Assembly: GCA_051294375.1 (NCBI GenBank)
Contig: CM119264.1
Coordinates: 20,061,189 to 20,125,188, forward strand
Direction of reading: 5' to 3'
From: Paraspadella gotoi
Lineage: Eukaryota > Animalia > Chaetognatha
Length of the DNA: 64,000 nt
Below, piece by piece: positions 29,001-38,689 of this stretch; positions within the stretch are counted from its first letter, which is position 1, and each line of letters opens with the position of its first letter. The translations under genes and the position numbers were made by a program. Under the pieces are notes generated by a model. The model worked only from the letters and a program-made list of their open reading frames with translations. It had not been told where the DNA came from and did not search any database.

Positions 29001-32000
29001 TGGTTATAATTATATTTATATCCTATTCTACTAAAAGACAAAGGAATATTCAAAATAAACCCACTTGATCTTCACTTGCACCTGCTCTTTAACAAAATAG
29101 CAATTGTTTAATTTTAATTAAAATTAAAATTAAAACTTTTAAAAATTTTTAATTTTTTTTTGTATTCCATTTTATTTTATTCTATTGTGGACGACACAAG
29201 TTTCAGAGTAAGAATGATTTATTCTTTAACAAAGTAAAATAACAATAACATTCACTAGGCTCAGATGCTAAGTCTATAACAATGGATATATACAAGGTCA
29301 ATGTTTGACCATAAAGAGAAAGAGCAAATGACCGAAGGTAAGGTTGAGAGTAAGGTTAATGGTTTAACCAAGGTTGCGTGTAATAGTTGTTCGTCCACAC
29401 TATTATTTATTCTATGTCTTGATCAAAGCAGTTTAATCATATATATATTAAAACAAAAATAATATTTTTTTGATTTATAAAATATTTTTTCAAGTACCAA
29501 AATTTTATTAGCCCTTGAAAACGATTGTATTGGCGTAGCCACTGGTTTCTTTGCTGCTATCTTTCTGCTTATTTTCTATTGCCGTTTTTCGTTGTTTGTT
29601 TACTACATTGTGAATGTACAAGAAGATTAACGGGCACCGACCTCAAAATAAATTTAATAGTTCACTAACTAATTTAAATAAAGCTTCTGAAGAAACAGAA
29701 AATGTTTTGTTGCGTCCACAAGATATGATTTTAGGCGACATTCAAGAGTGTTCAAATAGTAACGCAAGTATCAGCAGTAGGGCGTTAAAAAATAACGAAA
29801 TATTACAAATCAAGTGAGGAACATAGCTATTTTAGTGTAATAAAGTCTGTAGAATTCGATGATGATAACCATTTTTTTGTATAGTCTCATCTTCTTTGTC
29901 GGGAATGGCGATTTTTGTAGCATATAAGGTGCTATTAAAATGGAGCAAACATTGTAGAGTATAAAAAACTCAAATCATTAGGATTTTATAAAAGCCATAT
30001 TTAACATACATAATATAAAAATAAAAACCCATATAAATATTTTGATAAGGTTATTTACAAATTTTATATTTTATTAATAGTTTGTTAGCTATATTTATTA
30101 ATAAATAATAATAAAAAATAAGCTAAAGTGAAAATTTAAAAAATTTAAAATTTTAAAACCGGATTTGAATTCCTTACAAAAAGTTGATATAAGAAAGTAT
30201 AATCCATTTTAAAAAATTCTTTCATTAAGTAGTTTAAAAATATTAAAAACTATTATTTTTGTTTATTTTTCAATTTTTGGCTTAAAATTATAGTTTTTCT
30301 GAATTTTGACCAACTTAACGACATAATTTTGATATAAAAATTATATTTTCTTATATCAACTTTTTGCAAAGAATGCAAATTCATGAAAAAAATTTTTAAA
30401 TTATTATTTTTTAACTTTAACCTAATTTTTACTCATAATTATTAATAAATATAGTTACCTAACTTTTTATAAACATAAAATTTTGAAATAAACTTACCAA
30501 AATAATTATATATATATATATTTTTATATTTCAAAAGCTCATATAAATTTTATAAAATTTTAATAATTTGATTTATCATAACTTATAATGGTTTTGCTAT
30601 TTTATAACAATTTTATATACATTAAGAACCGTCATTTCCGACAAGAAAGATAAAATTATACAAAAAAATGGTCATCACCATCGAATTCTACAGACTACAT
30701 TACACTAAAATAGCTATGTACCTTACTTGATTTGTTATATTTTGTTATTTTTCAACGCTCTAATTTCAGCAGATCCCGATTCTATAATTCACTTTGTCGG
30801 TCCGTCGGTCCGCCCCCTCAATCTTATCGGGCATTCACTTATATCATGTCAGAACATCGAATTATGATAAATTATGCAAAAAAATGATGTCCGTCCGTCA
30901 GTCTGTCTGTTGGATCTACTCCTACATGTCTGTCTGTGCGTCCGTCCATCCCACCTTAGCAATTATTCGTGATTGGATGGATGGATTGGAATGAAATTTT
31001 GTATGTGGGTAGGGAAGTGTGTGATTGAGCTAGATATGAAGTTTTGATGGAATCGTGCGAGTGGAAATGAGTTTAAATGTAAAAAACAAAAAAATATATT
31101 TCACTATTTAAACGCCAATTAGTAATTACTCATGGATTACTCATGAATTACTCATGGATTTTGCCTTAAAAAGCGAGAGGATTTTTGATATATTCTTTTA
31201 CTGGCCGATCAAAATGACGGGAATATTCGTATTATTAAGTTTCATATAATTCGGACTAAGAATAGAGAAAATATTTAAGAAAACTGAAGAGTGAGGAGGA
31301 CGGTCGAAGACGACTATGGCCGACGATTCGACCGACCTTTTCGTCCCCGTTAGGTCACTTGATACGACCGACATTTCTCTCTCTTTTTCTCCTCTTTATA
31401 AGTCGACACCGTTGGACGAAACTCTCACTCGAATAAACCTATATTTTTATAAACATTGTCTCCTTTTGCCAACGTCGCCATAAGAGAATCTATCCCTTTG
31501 AGGGAATAATTTCTGCATTCAACTCTATTGAAGATTTTTGCCGATTATGTGATCGTATAATATCAAAATAAATAGATAAAAGAAAAATAAAATTTGGCGA
31601 GCCCTTCAGACATTTTGACAAAGAATTCCTGAATTTGATGTTTTTTGTTGAACCCGAACTTAACCTAATCGCGTTCATAATGTTTGTAAGGGAAAAAATC
31701 CCTTTCATTTCTATATAAAATCAGAGAATACAAATTTTTTTTCAAAGGAGTAATCTATATGCCCTGGACGTGGTGGGGCGGTATATTCAAACCTCACATC
31801 CACCGTCGTTCAGCTAATCCCATTGGCTCAGAGGGGGAACGCACCATCCCAATCGTTGCGTTGGATCCACAGTCCTAATGACTTCCCTCTGCGTTGGCAA
31901 AGCGAGACCGTCCTAGGGTAACCGCGTCACTGAGGGTCGGAAGCCCCCAAAGCGAACAGTGAGATGCCAATGGGCATCACAGGCAACCCGGCTTTTGCCA

Positions 32001-33052
32001 TACTGGCTCGTTTTCTGTCAAAATGTTGGTTATTTGCCAAGAGACATGTTTTTCATTATTGTTAACAGGACCCGGAGTTGCCCTCGAATTAGACGGTCAT
32101 ATCATTCCGCGTAAACCTATAGGGCCACCACCTCAGCTTCCGGGAAAATTGGAAGTAAATGAAGTTACGAATCGTGAGGTAAAAATACATTTTTTACTGG
32201 AATTTGATAATATATGAGTCGAAGTAATAATAATGAATAAAATGAGTAAAATTGAGCAAGAAAACTAGAAACTTAAAATCAATTAACGTTGCACCGTAGG
32301 TAAAACTCAGCTGGCGTTCGCCTTTGGACGAGGGAGGCGCGCCAATTTCCGGCTACGTCGTACAACGTCGAGACACAAAGCGAAACATCTGGTTAGACGT
32401 TGCAGAGTTGGACGACGCCAAGGCGACCTCCCTCACCGTCTCCCAAGTGATCGAGGGCGAGAGCTATCACTTCCGGGTTATGGCTGTCAACAGGGAAGGC
32501 AGGGGGGTGCCGAACGAAAGTCGAATGGTTACTGTCGAGAATCCCTACAGGTTGGTGGTTACGTAATAAATTTACATTTTGGTCGGCCATTCGTCAGCGA
32601 TGAAATTACGGACAGAAGCTGGCCCTATTACTATCTCTCTATTTTCATCGTTTCAGTGCTCCAACGTCACCTCGAAATCTAAAGGTGAGCGATGCGTCAT
32701 CGTCTGCGGTTTTCTTAGAATGGGACGAGCCCACTGATGATACTCCTTTTGACGCGTTTTACATCGAAAAACGAGAGGCCAACAAAGACATATGGATTAA
32801 GGTACTGTATTTAGAATAGTGATTAATCATCTGTTTCCCTACTTACCAAAGATCAGGAATTGTTTGCTTAAATTTGTTTTTATGAAATTCGCCCTACTTA
32901 GGTCGCTCGCGTTCCTTCGAACGTTCATACGTACGCGGCCTATCACGTCATTTCAGGACAGGAATACTTCTTCCGGGTTTCTGCCGAAAACAACTTTGGA
33001 AAGAGCGAACCATGCACCACTAGCAGCGCTATTCGAGCTGTTAGTCCGAATG
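3222..33052 (+). CDS. Titin/twitchin-like giant FN3-repeat protein (partial, multi-exon; 5' end lies upstream of the window)
   Basis: 20 exons with GT-AG boundaries and compatible phases: 3222-3295, 3355-3642, 3708-3891, 5591-5718, 5801-5966, 6325-6560, 6704-6788, 7918-8259, 17032-17139, 17849-18038, 18134-18209, 18269-18331, 18491-18565, 18627-18726, 25678-25821, 26388-26546, 32069-32178, 32300-32550, 32657-32801, 32902-33052 (3075 nt, open throughout). Each repeat shows muscle-type FN3 motifs: P.PP.GP, W..P..DGGS.I..Y.VE, W, L..G..Y.FRV.A.N..G. Confidence 0.9.
5309..5348 (-). ncRNA. Minimal type-I hammerhead ribozyme motif
   Basis: Minus strand reads AG CUGAUGA A GGCUC gaacaa GAGUC GAAAC AU GUC CU. 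Confidence 0.75.
5591..6788 (+). CDS. FN3 gene exons 5591-5718, 5801-5966, 6325-6560, 6704-6788
   Basis: GPLRIKKFDKTFMSIEWSRPLFDGGETVTGYSLE..; KPKGPIRV..WDHPDDDGGSAIMNYHIERRE..; GT-AG junctions in phase. Confidence 0.9.
7918..8259 (+). CDS. FN3 gene exon (one complete FN3 domain)
   Basis: EPPGEP..VTLDWLFPVDNGGSPIIEYEIE..YLFRVFAKNVIG; cag acceptor and gtcagt donor. Confidence 0.93.
9261..9470 (+). mobile_element. tRNA-headed SINE-like repeat
   Basis: GACCCGGTAGCTCATTGA A-box-like head; body and tail shared with 45046-45250 and 48130-48207. Confidence 0.5.
9891..11032 (+). mobile_element. DINE-1/HINE-like (Helentron-associated) non-autonomous element
   Basis: 5' TTTTAGTCGGATCTGC..GCAGATCCCGACTCTATA hairpin, GTCC/GTCG microsatellite, 3' subterminal inverted repeat GCAGATCCGAC followed by a short palindromic end, T-rich flanks. 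Confidence 0.7.
11350..12000 (+). mobile_element. Penelope-like element relic (hammerhead-bearing pseudo-LTR plus GIY-YIG endonuclease fragment)
   Basis: 11838-11990 reads RSLREQLVKPKDKIPRPKTS*VYWTACVGPGNQPFTAAYVGETSLQAMIR, matching the PLE linker and GVY..C...YVGET motif. An inverted partial repeat (11370-11420 vs 11735-11785) surrounds the hammerhead. Confidence 0.75.
11521..11564 (+). ncRNA. Minimal type-I hammerhead ribozyme motif inside a Penelope-like relic
   Basis: UCG CUGAAGA A GACUC uuaauaaa GAGUU GAAAC UU GUC CGA. Confidence 0.72.
12835..13505 (-). mobile_element. HINE-like element, 5'-truncated
   Basis: Reverse complement of the 10420-11030 body and 3' end (AAACAAGTTTGAGC..GTCGGATCT). 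Confidence 0.65.
15275..15317 (+). ncRNA. Minimal type-I hammerhead ribozyme motif
   Basis: G CUGAAGA A GACUC guaugu GAGUC GAAAC AU GUC C, followed by the family's AATAAA..GTTGTT tail. Confidence 0.75.
17032..18726 (+). CDS. FN3 gene exons 17032-17139, 17849-18038, 18134-18209, 18269-18331, 18491-18565, 18627-18726
   Basis: EPPGIPRGPINI..ISWSTPLDLGNSPLLGYNVE..YEFRISAENKIG; ..VTLQWLSPIDLDGPPISAYVVEKRE..EGMEYYFSVIVENSDG; phases consistent. Confidence 0.9.
17514..17706 (+). ncRNA. Unclassified structured RNA-like repeat, family B (divergent member)
   Basis: Stem order matches the 26053, 47741 and 62586 copies, with compensatory base changes. Confidence 0.45.
19168..21334 (+). mobile_element. 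HINE-like element with (GTCT/GTCC)n, tandem ~120-bp subrepeats and an internal 18-bp minisatellite
   Basis: Same termini as the 9891 copy. Confidence 0.7.
19945..20240. repeat. 18-bp minisatellite (GTTGACCAAATTATGCCA)n; reverse complement at 23810-24033
   Basis: Directly visible tandem array. Confidence 0.9.
21358..24778 (-). mobile_element. HINE-like element in inverted orientation, with internal insertions
   Basis: 3' end at 21358, 5' end GCAGATCCGACTAAAA at about 24776; 23040-24770 is the reverse complement of 19170-20970. Confidence 0.68.
25150..25610 (+). mobile_element. Penelope-like element 3' relic (endonuclease C-terminus, CT-rich tail, decayed hammerhead)
   Basis: SGLTHKEFCNKRIDW...LKIRESHQIRR resembles the H..IDW....RE..I end of PLE GIY-YIG domains; CTGATAA A GTTATG..CATGAC GAAA at 25571-25601. 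Confidence 0.5.
25678..26546 (+). CDS. FN3 gene exons 25678-25821 and 26388-26546
   Basis: GVPGKPQGPLKI..CWGPPLDDGGKSLTEYFIQY / ..DWILAGSV..YYIRVVPVNELG. Confidence 0.88.
26053..26226 (+). ncRNA. Unclassified structured RNA-like repeat, family B (other copies 47741-47912, 62586-62711)
   Basis: GC-rich island; CUUCGG loop and several stems with G-U pairs on the + strand. Confidence 0.45.
26980..27954. mobile_element. Non-autonomous hAT-type DNA transposon (MITE)
   Basis: Long imperfect TIRs (TAGAGCGTTGAAAAATAAC..GTTATTTTTCAATGCCCTA) and an exact 8-bp TSD CTTCACGT at 26972-26979 and 27955-27962. Confidence 0.85.
28165..28298. repeat. Perfect 60-bp inverted repeat with a 14-nt spacer
   Basis: 28165-28224 is the exact reverse complement of 28239-28298. 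Confidence 0.9.
28395..28900. repeat. 18-bp minisatellite (AGTTGAAAAAATTATGCA)n
   Basis: About 28 degenerate units. Confidence 0.9.
29778..30762. mobile_element. Second copy of the same hAT-type MITE, opposite orientation
   Basis: Near-complete reverse complement of 26980-27954; imperfect TCAGCAG duplication on both flanks. Confidence 0.8.
30763..31120 (+). mobile_element. HINE-like 5' fragment
   Basis: cagcagatcccgattctataattcactttgtcggtccgtc.. and following body match the family. Confidence 0.6.
31761..32004. ncRNA. Unclassified structured RNA-like repeat, family A (other copy 45499-45762; fragment 56643-56696)
   Basis: About 250 nt, nearly all in stems; one visible compensatory pair between copies. 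Confidence 0.4.
32069..33052 (+). CDS. FN3 gene exons 32069-32178, 32300-32550, 32657-32801, 32902-33052
   Basis: PPPQLPGKLEV../VKLSWRSPLDEGGAPISGYVVQRR..YHFRVMAVNREG/ SAPTSPRNLKV..LEWDEP../..GQEYFFRVSAENNFG. Confidence 0.92.
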
Positions 33053-33338
33053 GTGAGGAAAAAGTTGTCGTTTCCTTTGGTCATAGAATAATTTTCAATG
33101 ATATTTTAGGATTTAAATATTGTTAAGGCGAAAAAAGTTTGTAAGTTCAATAACTTGTAAAAGAAATAAAATTAAAAAAAAAGAATGGTGATTGTGGACT
33201 AAAATGAAATGAATTATGAAAATCAAATTTTGATGAAAAGAAAATCTTTGTAATGTTAAATGTGATGTATTGATAACATGGTTCCTTCAGGGGATCCGGT
33301 AGTACATTGATCAGCAAAATTATATTTGTTTTCCCACA

Positions 33339-33818
33339 AAAACATTTGGGCTTGCAAAAATGATATATTTCTTTGCTACATGACATTTTACTTACAAAAC
33401 ATATTTCTAAAGTCAAAATGTCATTATAACTTACAAAATGACGTTTCAGCTAATTATGTGACATTTTAACTCATGAATTAACGTTTTAACTTATGAAATG
33501 ATATTTTGACAAGCAAAATGATTGTTTAAACTTTTGACTCACAAAATGACATTTTTAAATTATATTGATTGTACCAATTTTATAACCTACAAGAAATATT
33601 TTGACTCCCGTCAAAAACATTTGGGCTTGCATTATAACTTGCAAAATGACGTTTCAGCTAATTATGTGACATTTTAACTCATGAATTAATGTTTTAACTT
33701 ATGAAATGATATTTTGACAAGCAAAATGATTGTTTAAACTTTTGACTCACAAAATGACATTTTTAAATTATATTGATTGTACCAATTTTATAACCTACAA
33801 GAAATATTTTGACTCCCG
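33339..33818. repeat. Local direct duplication (~200 bp) within a TTTTGAC-rich repeat region
   Basis: 33422-33610 is nearly identical to 33630-33818. Confidence 0.8.
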
Positions 33819-36289
33819 TTGACAGATTCACAAAATGATGATTCAAAATAGGAAATATCGTTTTGTTATTAAATAAAAGAAAATGGAAAAAACTTGAGAA
33901 AGAACATTTGACTCCTGAAATATGATTTCAACTTTCAAAATGATAATTTGTGAATTGACATGTCATTTTGTCTAGCAAAAAAAGGATATTTTGACTCTTA
34001 AATGGCATTTTGACTTGCAAAAAGTGATTTTCGCTAAGAAAAAAATTTTTAAAAAATTCGCAAAGATCTTAAATGTCTATATTTTTTTTTAAGGGCATCA
34101 TCGCTAACAATCCCATGACAACAAATTCTATGACATACTCACATTACTCCATCGAACACTTATAAAAAGAGAAAACAACATTTGCTTTTTTATATCTATT
34201 TGTTATCTAAAAGAATATTTTTTTTTCTATTAAACTTAACTATGAATATGCAAAATTTATTTAAGTCATGATTAGCACTTTATCGTAGTGTGAGGTTTTG
34301 ATAAATATTTTGTTTTGTATAATTTTTTTGAGCAACAATTACTTTCTTTAATACAACTTCAATTTTACTATGGTTGAGCTCTGTAAAGTATTCCCATCAT
34401 TTTTAATTTTTATAAATTCATTCAATTTTAAAGGAGTTCCTTTATAATCCACGACCGCAAACTACAGTTGTTAAAGCATATTTCCATCAAATTTGTTTTC
34501 ATTTCTCGTAAATATTTTATTTAGTTAAGCTTTGACCTTCTGTAGATTCCTTTCCATCCTTCAGATTTTACTAGTTATTGAGAGAAGTTGAACTTCAAAA
34601 AGTTTTAGCAAATGGCAAAAACTTTATTTCACTTTTCCACTATACATTTAATTTTAAACCTGAACATGAATTGAAACGATTTAAACGGAAAAAATGTTCC
34701 GATCCCCCTCAATTATTTGATATGCATGCTTTGAGGTTACATTGAGATTTTTGTCAAGAACATGTAAATTTTCAGTAATTTTATGATGAAGATGGTCAAG
34801 TGAAATTGATATAGTAGCTATTTATATCAATCTTGGGGTTTCATGATCATTTTCGGATGGGCATGTTTTGGTTTCTTTTGACTAATTTTAATGACTTGAA
34901 ATAATTAAATTAAGTTCGAGTTATTTTTATATCTTTTTTTATCACTACACTTGTTAGTTAGAAAATGGAGACCTTTACTGATACACTTAGTTTAAACGTA
35001 TATCTCGTTTTTAGTTGCGCCGTGAGTAATAGCGGAGCAAATCTATTAGTCACTTGTCGGTTGGTCGGTCTGTCCGTCCCACTTACATTAATTAGAATTA
35101 CGATAGAAAAATCCTCAACTCTAACAAATTGCTAGCACCGCCTTCAGGAAATCCTAAAACATTAAAGAATAAAAGACTGCATTCTGATCTAGTGCATGTC
35201 ATAAATATATTGGTAGTGATATTAAGTCACTACAAGTTTAAGGTTTAAAGATTCGGTTAAGGGTTAGAGTTAAGGTTTCAGTTCCAGAGTTGACAAGATC
35301 GCTTGGAGGTTAGGATTAGGGAATAAAGTTAGGAATTAGGGCAAGGCAATAATTTAAGGATAGTGTTAAGAGTTAGTTTAGGAATTTAGAGATTATTTCA
35401 TTTAATCTAATCTAATTGATATGTTTTGAAGTTGAAAAGTATACCTATATAATTAAAGCAAGTCATAAAAGCATTTTTAGATATATTCAATGAAGAAATT
35501 TATCATACTTTCACAACATCTATCAAATATTAATTACATAAAATAATGAACACAAAAGTAACCAGGTACATAATAAAATGAAGGAAACTCCCAAACTATA
35601 ATTATTGCAACGCATTATGGTTTCAACTGTATTTTTCTTAGCAATTATAGCAAACCAACAACAAATTTCATGGTTGGGTTTTACCAAAATCATTACAATA
35701 CACAACGGCTAAATCGACTTTTGGGTTGGCTATAAAGAGAAATAAATTATAATGCTTACACTTCATCAGGTTCCTATTTTTTCATGCAGAAAAATTACAG
35801 ACAAGAACATGTTTCTGATAATCTTCAAAAAGCTATATATATGACAGTGACGAGATAAAAATGACACTACCATGAAAGATGAAAATGTTTTAAATGCTTG
35901 CGCCTAAATTCCATCAAAAGGAAGGTACTAAGTTAGCACATGCATGTGATTGTAATATTGTTGACAGCATAAAAATCAATGTTGTATTAGAAATAGTGTT
36001 CTAAAAAAATCGCTGAGGCAAAAACAATGAATTATTAATGCAATTAGGAAATAGGTAATTCGCCAAGAAGATAAATCTGACAAATACAGCAATTCAATCT
36101 TAATGTTGCTCTCACCTTAATGGATATAAAAAAAGTTCAACTAAATTCATCCCGAATAATATTGTTTAACATTAGATTAAATTCGGTCATAAATTCAATT
36201 TTTCCTTGATACATTTTTGGTTCCTGATTGTGTTTTCAATGTCATGTCGCCAAAAAGTCGTAAAGAGAAAGAGAGAGAGAGAGAGATAC

Positions 36290-38689
36290 TCACAAAAATT
36301 CGTCTTCTGGTCGGCGAATTCCGTTTTCTTCGGGCATACAGTTATTATCACTTTGCTGGGGGTGTTCATATACGAAATCTGTTACCCCTCCGTCAACAAC
36401 ACCGACCTTCCCGGGAGATGTCGCCCAGTCACCTGGGAGAGTCGGGGGCGGTTGGTCTGGCGGAAGCGGCGGCGGCATGTTAACCGGTAGGCCCGTCGGC
36501 GAATCCGGCGGCGGCGTGGGAAGACTGCTTGGCGGTTTTTCTCTGAATCCATCGCCACCGTAAGAGTCGTCGGCGTCATCGGCGGCATCTTCAGAGGCGA
36601 CGTATGCCGAATGGCGGTCTTTGTCGCCCGAGTGGTAAGGATCGAAAGCAGGTTGTCCCACAGTCTCCGGGTTAGGGTATTCGTTTTTGGCGATTGGCAG
36701 TGAATCGTGTAGCTCATCGGGTAATGCCAGTATAGGCGAAACGCCGCAGTTTTCATCACCGTCGTGTGGCTCATTGTCCGGTACTTGAGGGGGAAGAAGA
36801 TCGTGGGTAAAAGGCATTCCGCCGTCGTCAACGTTTTCATCAGCATAGTTTCCTTCACCGCCCGTAGGGAGAAAGCCGGATTGCGACCCAAGTGCTGTGC
36901 TCGCCACTTCCACGTCGTCCTCCTCTTCGCGAGTAAGGTAATTGTGCCTCAGATCTGTATTGGCTAATTCGGCCGGGTCCACGTTTATACCCTCCTCTTT
37001 TCCATCTGCTTCATCCTCCATTCGCATCCATCTGTTGGCGTTTAACCTGGGATCGCCGTCGATGTCGTCGTCGCTGTTGTAGTCGTCCGCAGGCCCCACA
37101 TCACGAGCCTGAACAACCTCCTGGACTTCGGAGATCATTTTCATAGTTTCTCTTAACATATCGCGATCATCGATGACATCCCCGTCTTCGGACATCATCA
37201 TCAGATCCGATTCCTCCGCTCGCCCACCATCCTCTTTTTCCAGCGCCAAATCGGCCTCTTCCGACTGCAGACTCTGACGCTTGAGGTGCTCGTCATCCTC
37301 CGAATCGGACGTCGCTTGGAACGACGCCTCCTGTATCGTAATCTGTATGTCGAGTGGCTCCAGGCGACTGTGATGCGCCGCGGCGTTTTCCTCATCATCG
37401 TCGCGATCGCAAGAGAACATGGGAAGGTTCACGTTTTCGCAACTTACCCCCGCTGACGGATCGACACTGGGTTCATCATGGACGACGTCCACGGCGACGA
37501 TAGGTCGATTCTCTCGCCACGAAGCCTCTTCTTCGGACGACGCACTTGTCTTAGCAGCCGACTTTTTTGGCGGCAGCACTGGCGGAGGCTCTTCTTCTGG
37601 CGCGGCATCCGTGGAGCTGCCGAAGCGCATAAGATCTGGGGGTTGCTGATTGTTGGCATGCGGGGCTGAGGCGTTGGCGCTGTATTCTTTTTGGTTGCCA
37701 TAGGCGTAGGTTTGTTGCGTGGAGGAGTTGTTTGTGAGATTATCGTCGGATTGAGTGAAACCGCCGTGCGTTTCATGTGAAGCAAATATATGAGTCATGT
37801 TTTTGTCGTGGAGTTGTGAGGCTAGCTGTGTGGTTGTGGCTGCAGCCGTTGTCCGACTTTTGGCGGTCTCCTCCAACACAGAGGCGGAGCTGAATTCGCG
37901 GACGACGTAGTCGGAACGCTCGTGGCACTCGTCAGTGGAATTCACACGCGCCTCCTCGCGCTTTGAAGTTCGTTTTTCCTGCCTTTCTTGGTTAATCTCG
38001 ACCATAACAGTCTCTGCAGCCGTAGAAGCTGCCGATGAACGTAGCGCCGGTACCGGCACCTTTTGCGGCCCCGGCACGTCAACCAAGAGGGGTCGGCGCT
38101 CTCTTTCGTCATCCTCTTCTTCGTCATCGCCGACGGTGGCGCTTTTCAAAGGTGTCTTTTTCGTCCCTGTGTCTTCTTCAGCTCCATCTTCTTCCTTGAT
38201 TGTGTCGATGACGTCTCGCGACGTGGCTGGTTCCACTGTTGCGTCAACATCCACGACCGCGACGCCGCACTCGTCCGATAACAACTCTCGTTTGGCCTCC
38301 TCGTCACTGACTTTGCCGCCTTCGACGTCAGTGTTGTCATTGTCGGCGGCCACGCCTTTGCGACTACCTTTAACTCGCTTGAAGCACCATCGCAGCCGCA
38401 CTAGAATGCAGCAGAAGCAGCAGAGCAGCAGCAGGAAGCAAATAACAAAGACAAGGGCGAATTGAAGTTCGGTGAGGGCGCCAATACGATTAGAGGGCGA
38501 GGCAGCAGTCGTCGTCGCTGACTCGCCAAATTCGGGGGTATTTCCCGCGAGCGTAGCGACGCCGATTTTTGCGGAGCCGAGTGTTCCCCCAGGCGGGAAA
38601 TTCGATGGCGGGGTCGTCAGTATGGCGTTGGCGCCCGTCGGGTCCACGCCCAAACTCCACTCCTGGGCCAGTTTGTCAGTCGTCGACAT
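36290..38689 (-). CDS. Intronless 799-aa single-pass membrane protein with a juxtamembrane Cys cluster and a long acidic, Pro-rich disordered tail (unknown family)
   Basis: 2.4-kb uninterrupted ATG-to-stop ORF, GC-rich against AT-rich flanks. Hydrophobic run FALVFVICFLLLLCCFCCILV is followed by basic RLRWCFKRVK. No obvious signal peptide. Confidence 0.85.
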   Translation of the reverse strand: MSTTDKLAQEWSLGVDPTGANAILTTPPSNFPPGGTLGSAKIGVATLAGNTPEFGESATTTAASPSNRIGALTELQFALVFVICFLLLLCCFCCILVRLRWCFKRVKGSRKGVAADNDNTDVEGGKVSDEEAKRELLSDECGVAVVDVDATVEPATSRDVIDTIKEEDGAEEDTGTKKTPLKSATVGDDEEEDDERERRPLLVDVPGPQKVPVPALRSSAASTAAETVMVEINQERQEKRTSKREEARVNSTDECHERSDYVVREFSSASVLEETAKSRTTAAATTTQLASQLHDKNMTHIFASHETHGGFTQSDDNLTNNSSTQQTYAYGNQKEYSANASAPHANNQQPPDLMRFGSSTDAAPEEEPPPVLPPKKSAAKTSASSEEEASWRENRPIVAVDVVHDEPSVDPSAGVSCENVNLPMFSCDRDDDEENAAAHHSRLEPLDIQITIQEASFQATSDSEDDEHLKRQSLQSEEADLALEKEDGGRAEESDLMMMSEDGDVIDDRDMLRETMKMISEVQEVVQARDVGPADDYNSDDDIDGDPRLNANRWMRMEDEADGKEEGINVDPAELANTDLRHNYLTREEEDDVEVASTALGSQSGFLPTGGEGNYADENVDDGGMPFTHDLLPPQVPDNEPHDGDENCGVSPILALPDELHDSLPIAKNEYPNPETVGQPAFDPYHSGDKDRHSAYVASEDAADDADDSYGGDGFREKPPSSLPTPPPDSPTGLPVNMPPPLPPDQPPPTLPGDWATSPGKVGVVDGGVTDFVYEHPQQSDNNCMPEENGIRRPEDEFL

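Noticed and set aside
31761-32004. Family A as RNase P/MRP RNA or SRP RNA
   Set aside because: ACAGGCAACCCGGCTT resembles the RNase P 3' conserved region and GCCTGT resembles the Alu UGU turn, but the complementary P4 strand and the SRP helix-8 motif are absent
35250-35390. Telomere-like TTAGG(G) repeats (also 62520-62555)
   Set aside because: Short, degenerate and interstitial; probably part of a repeat element
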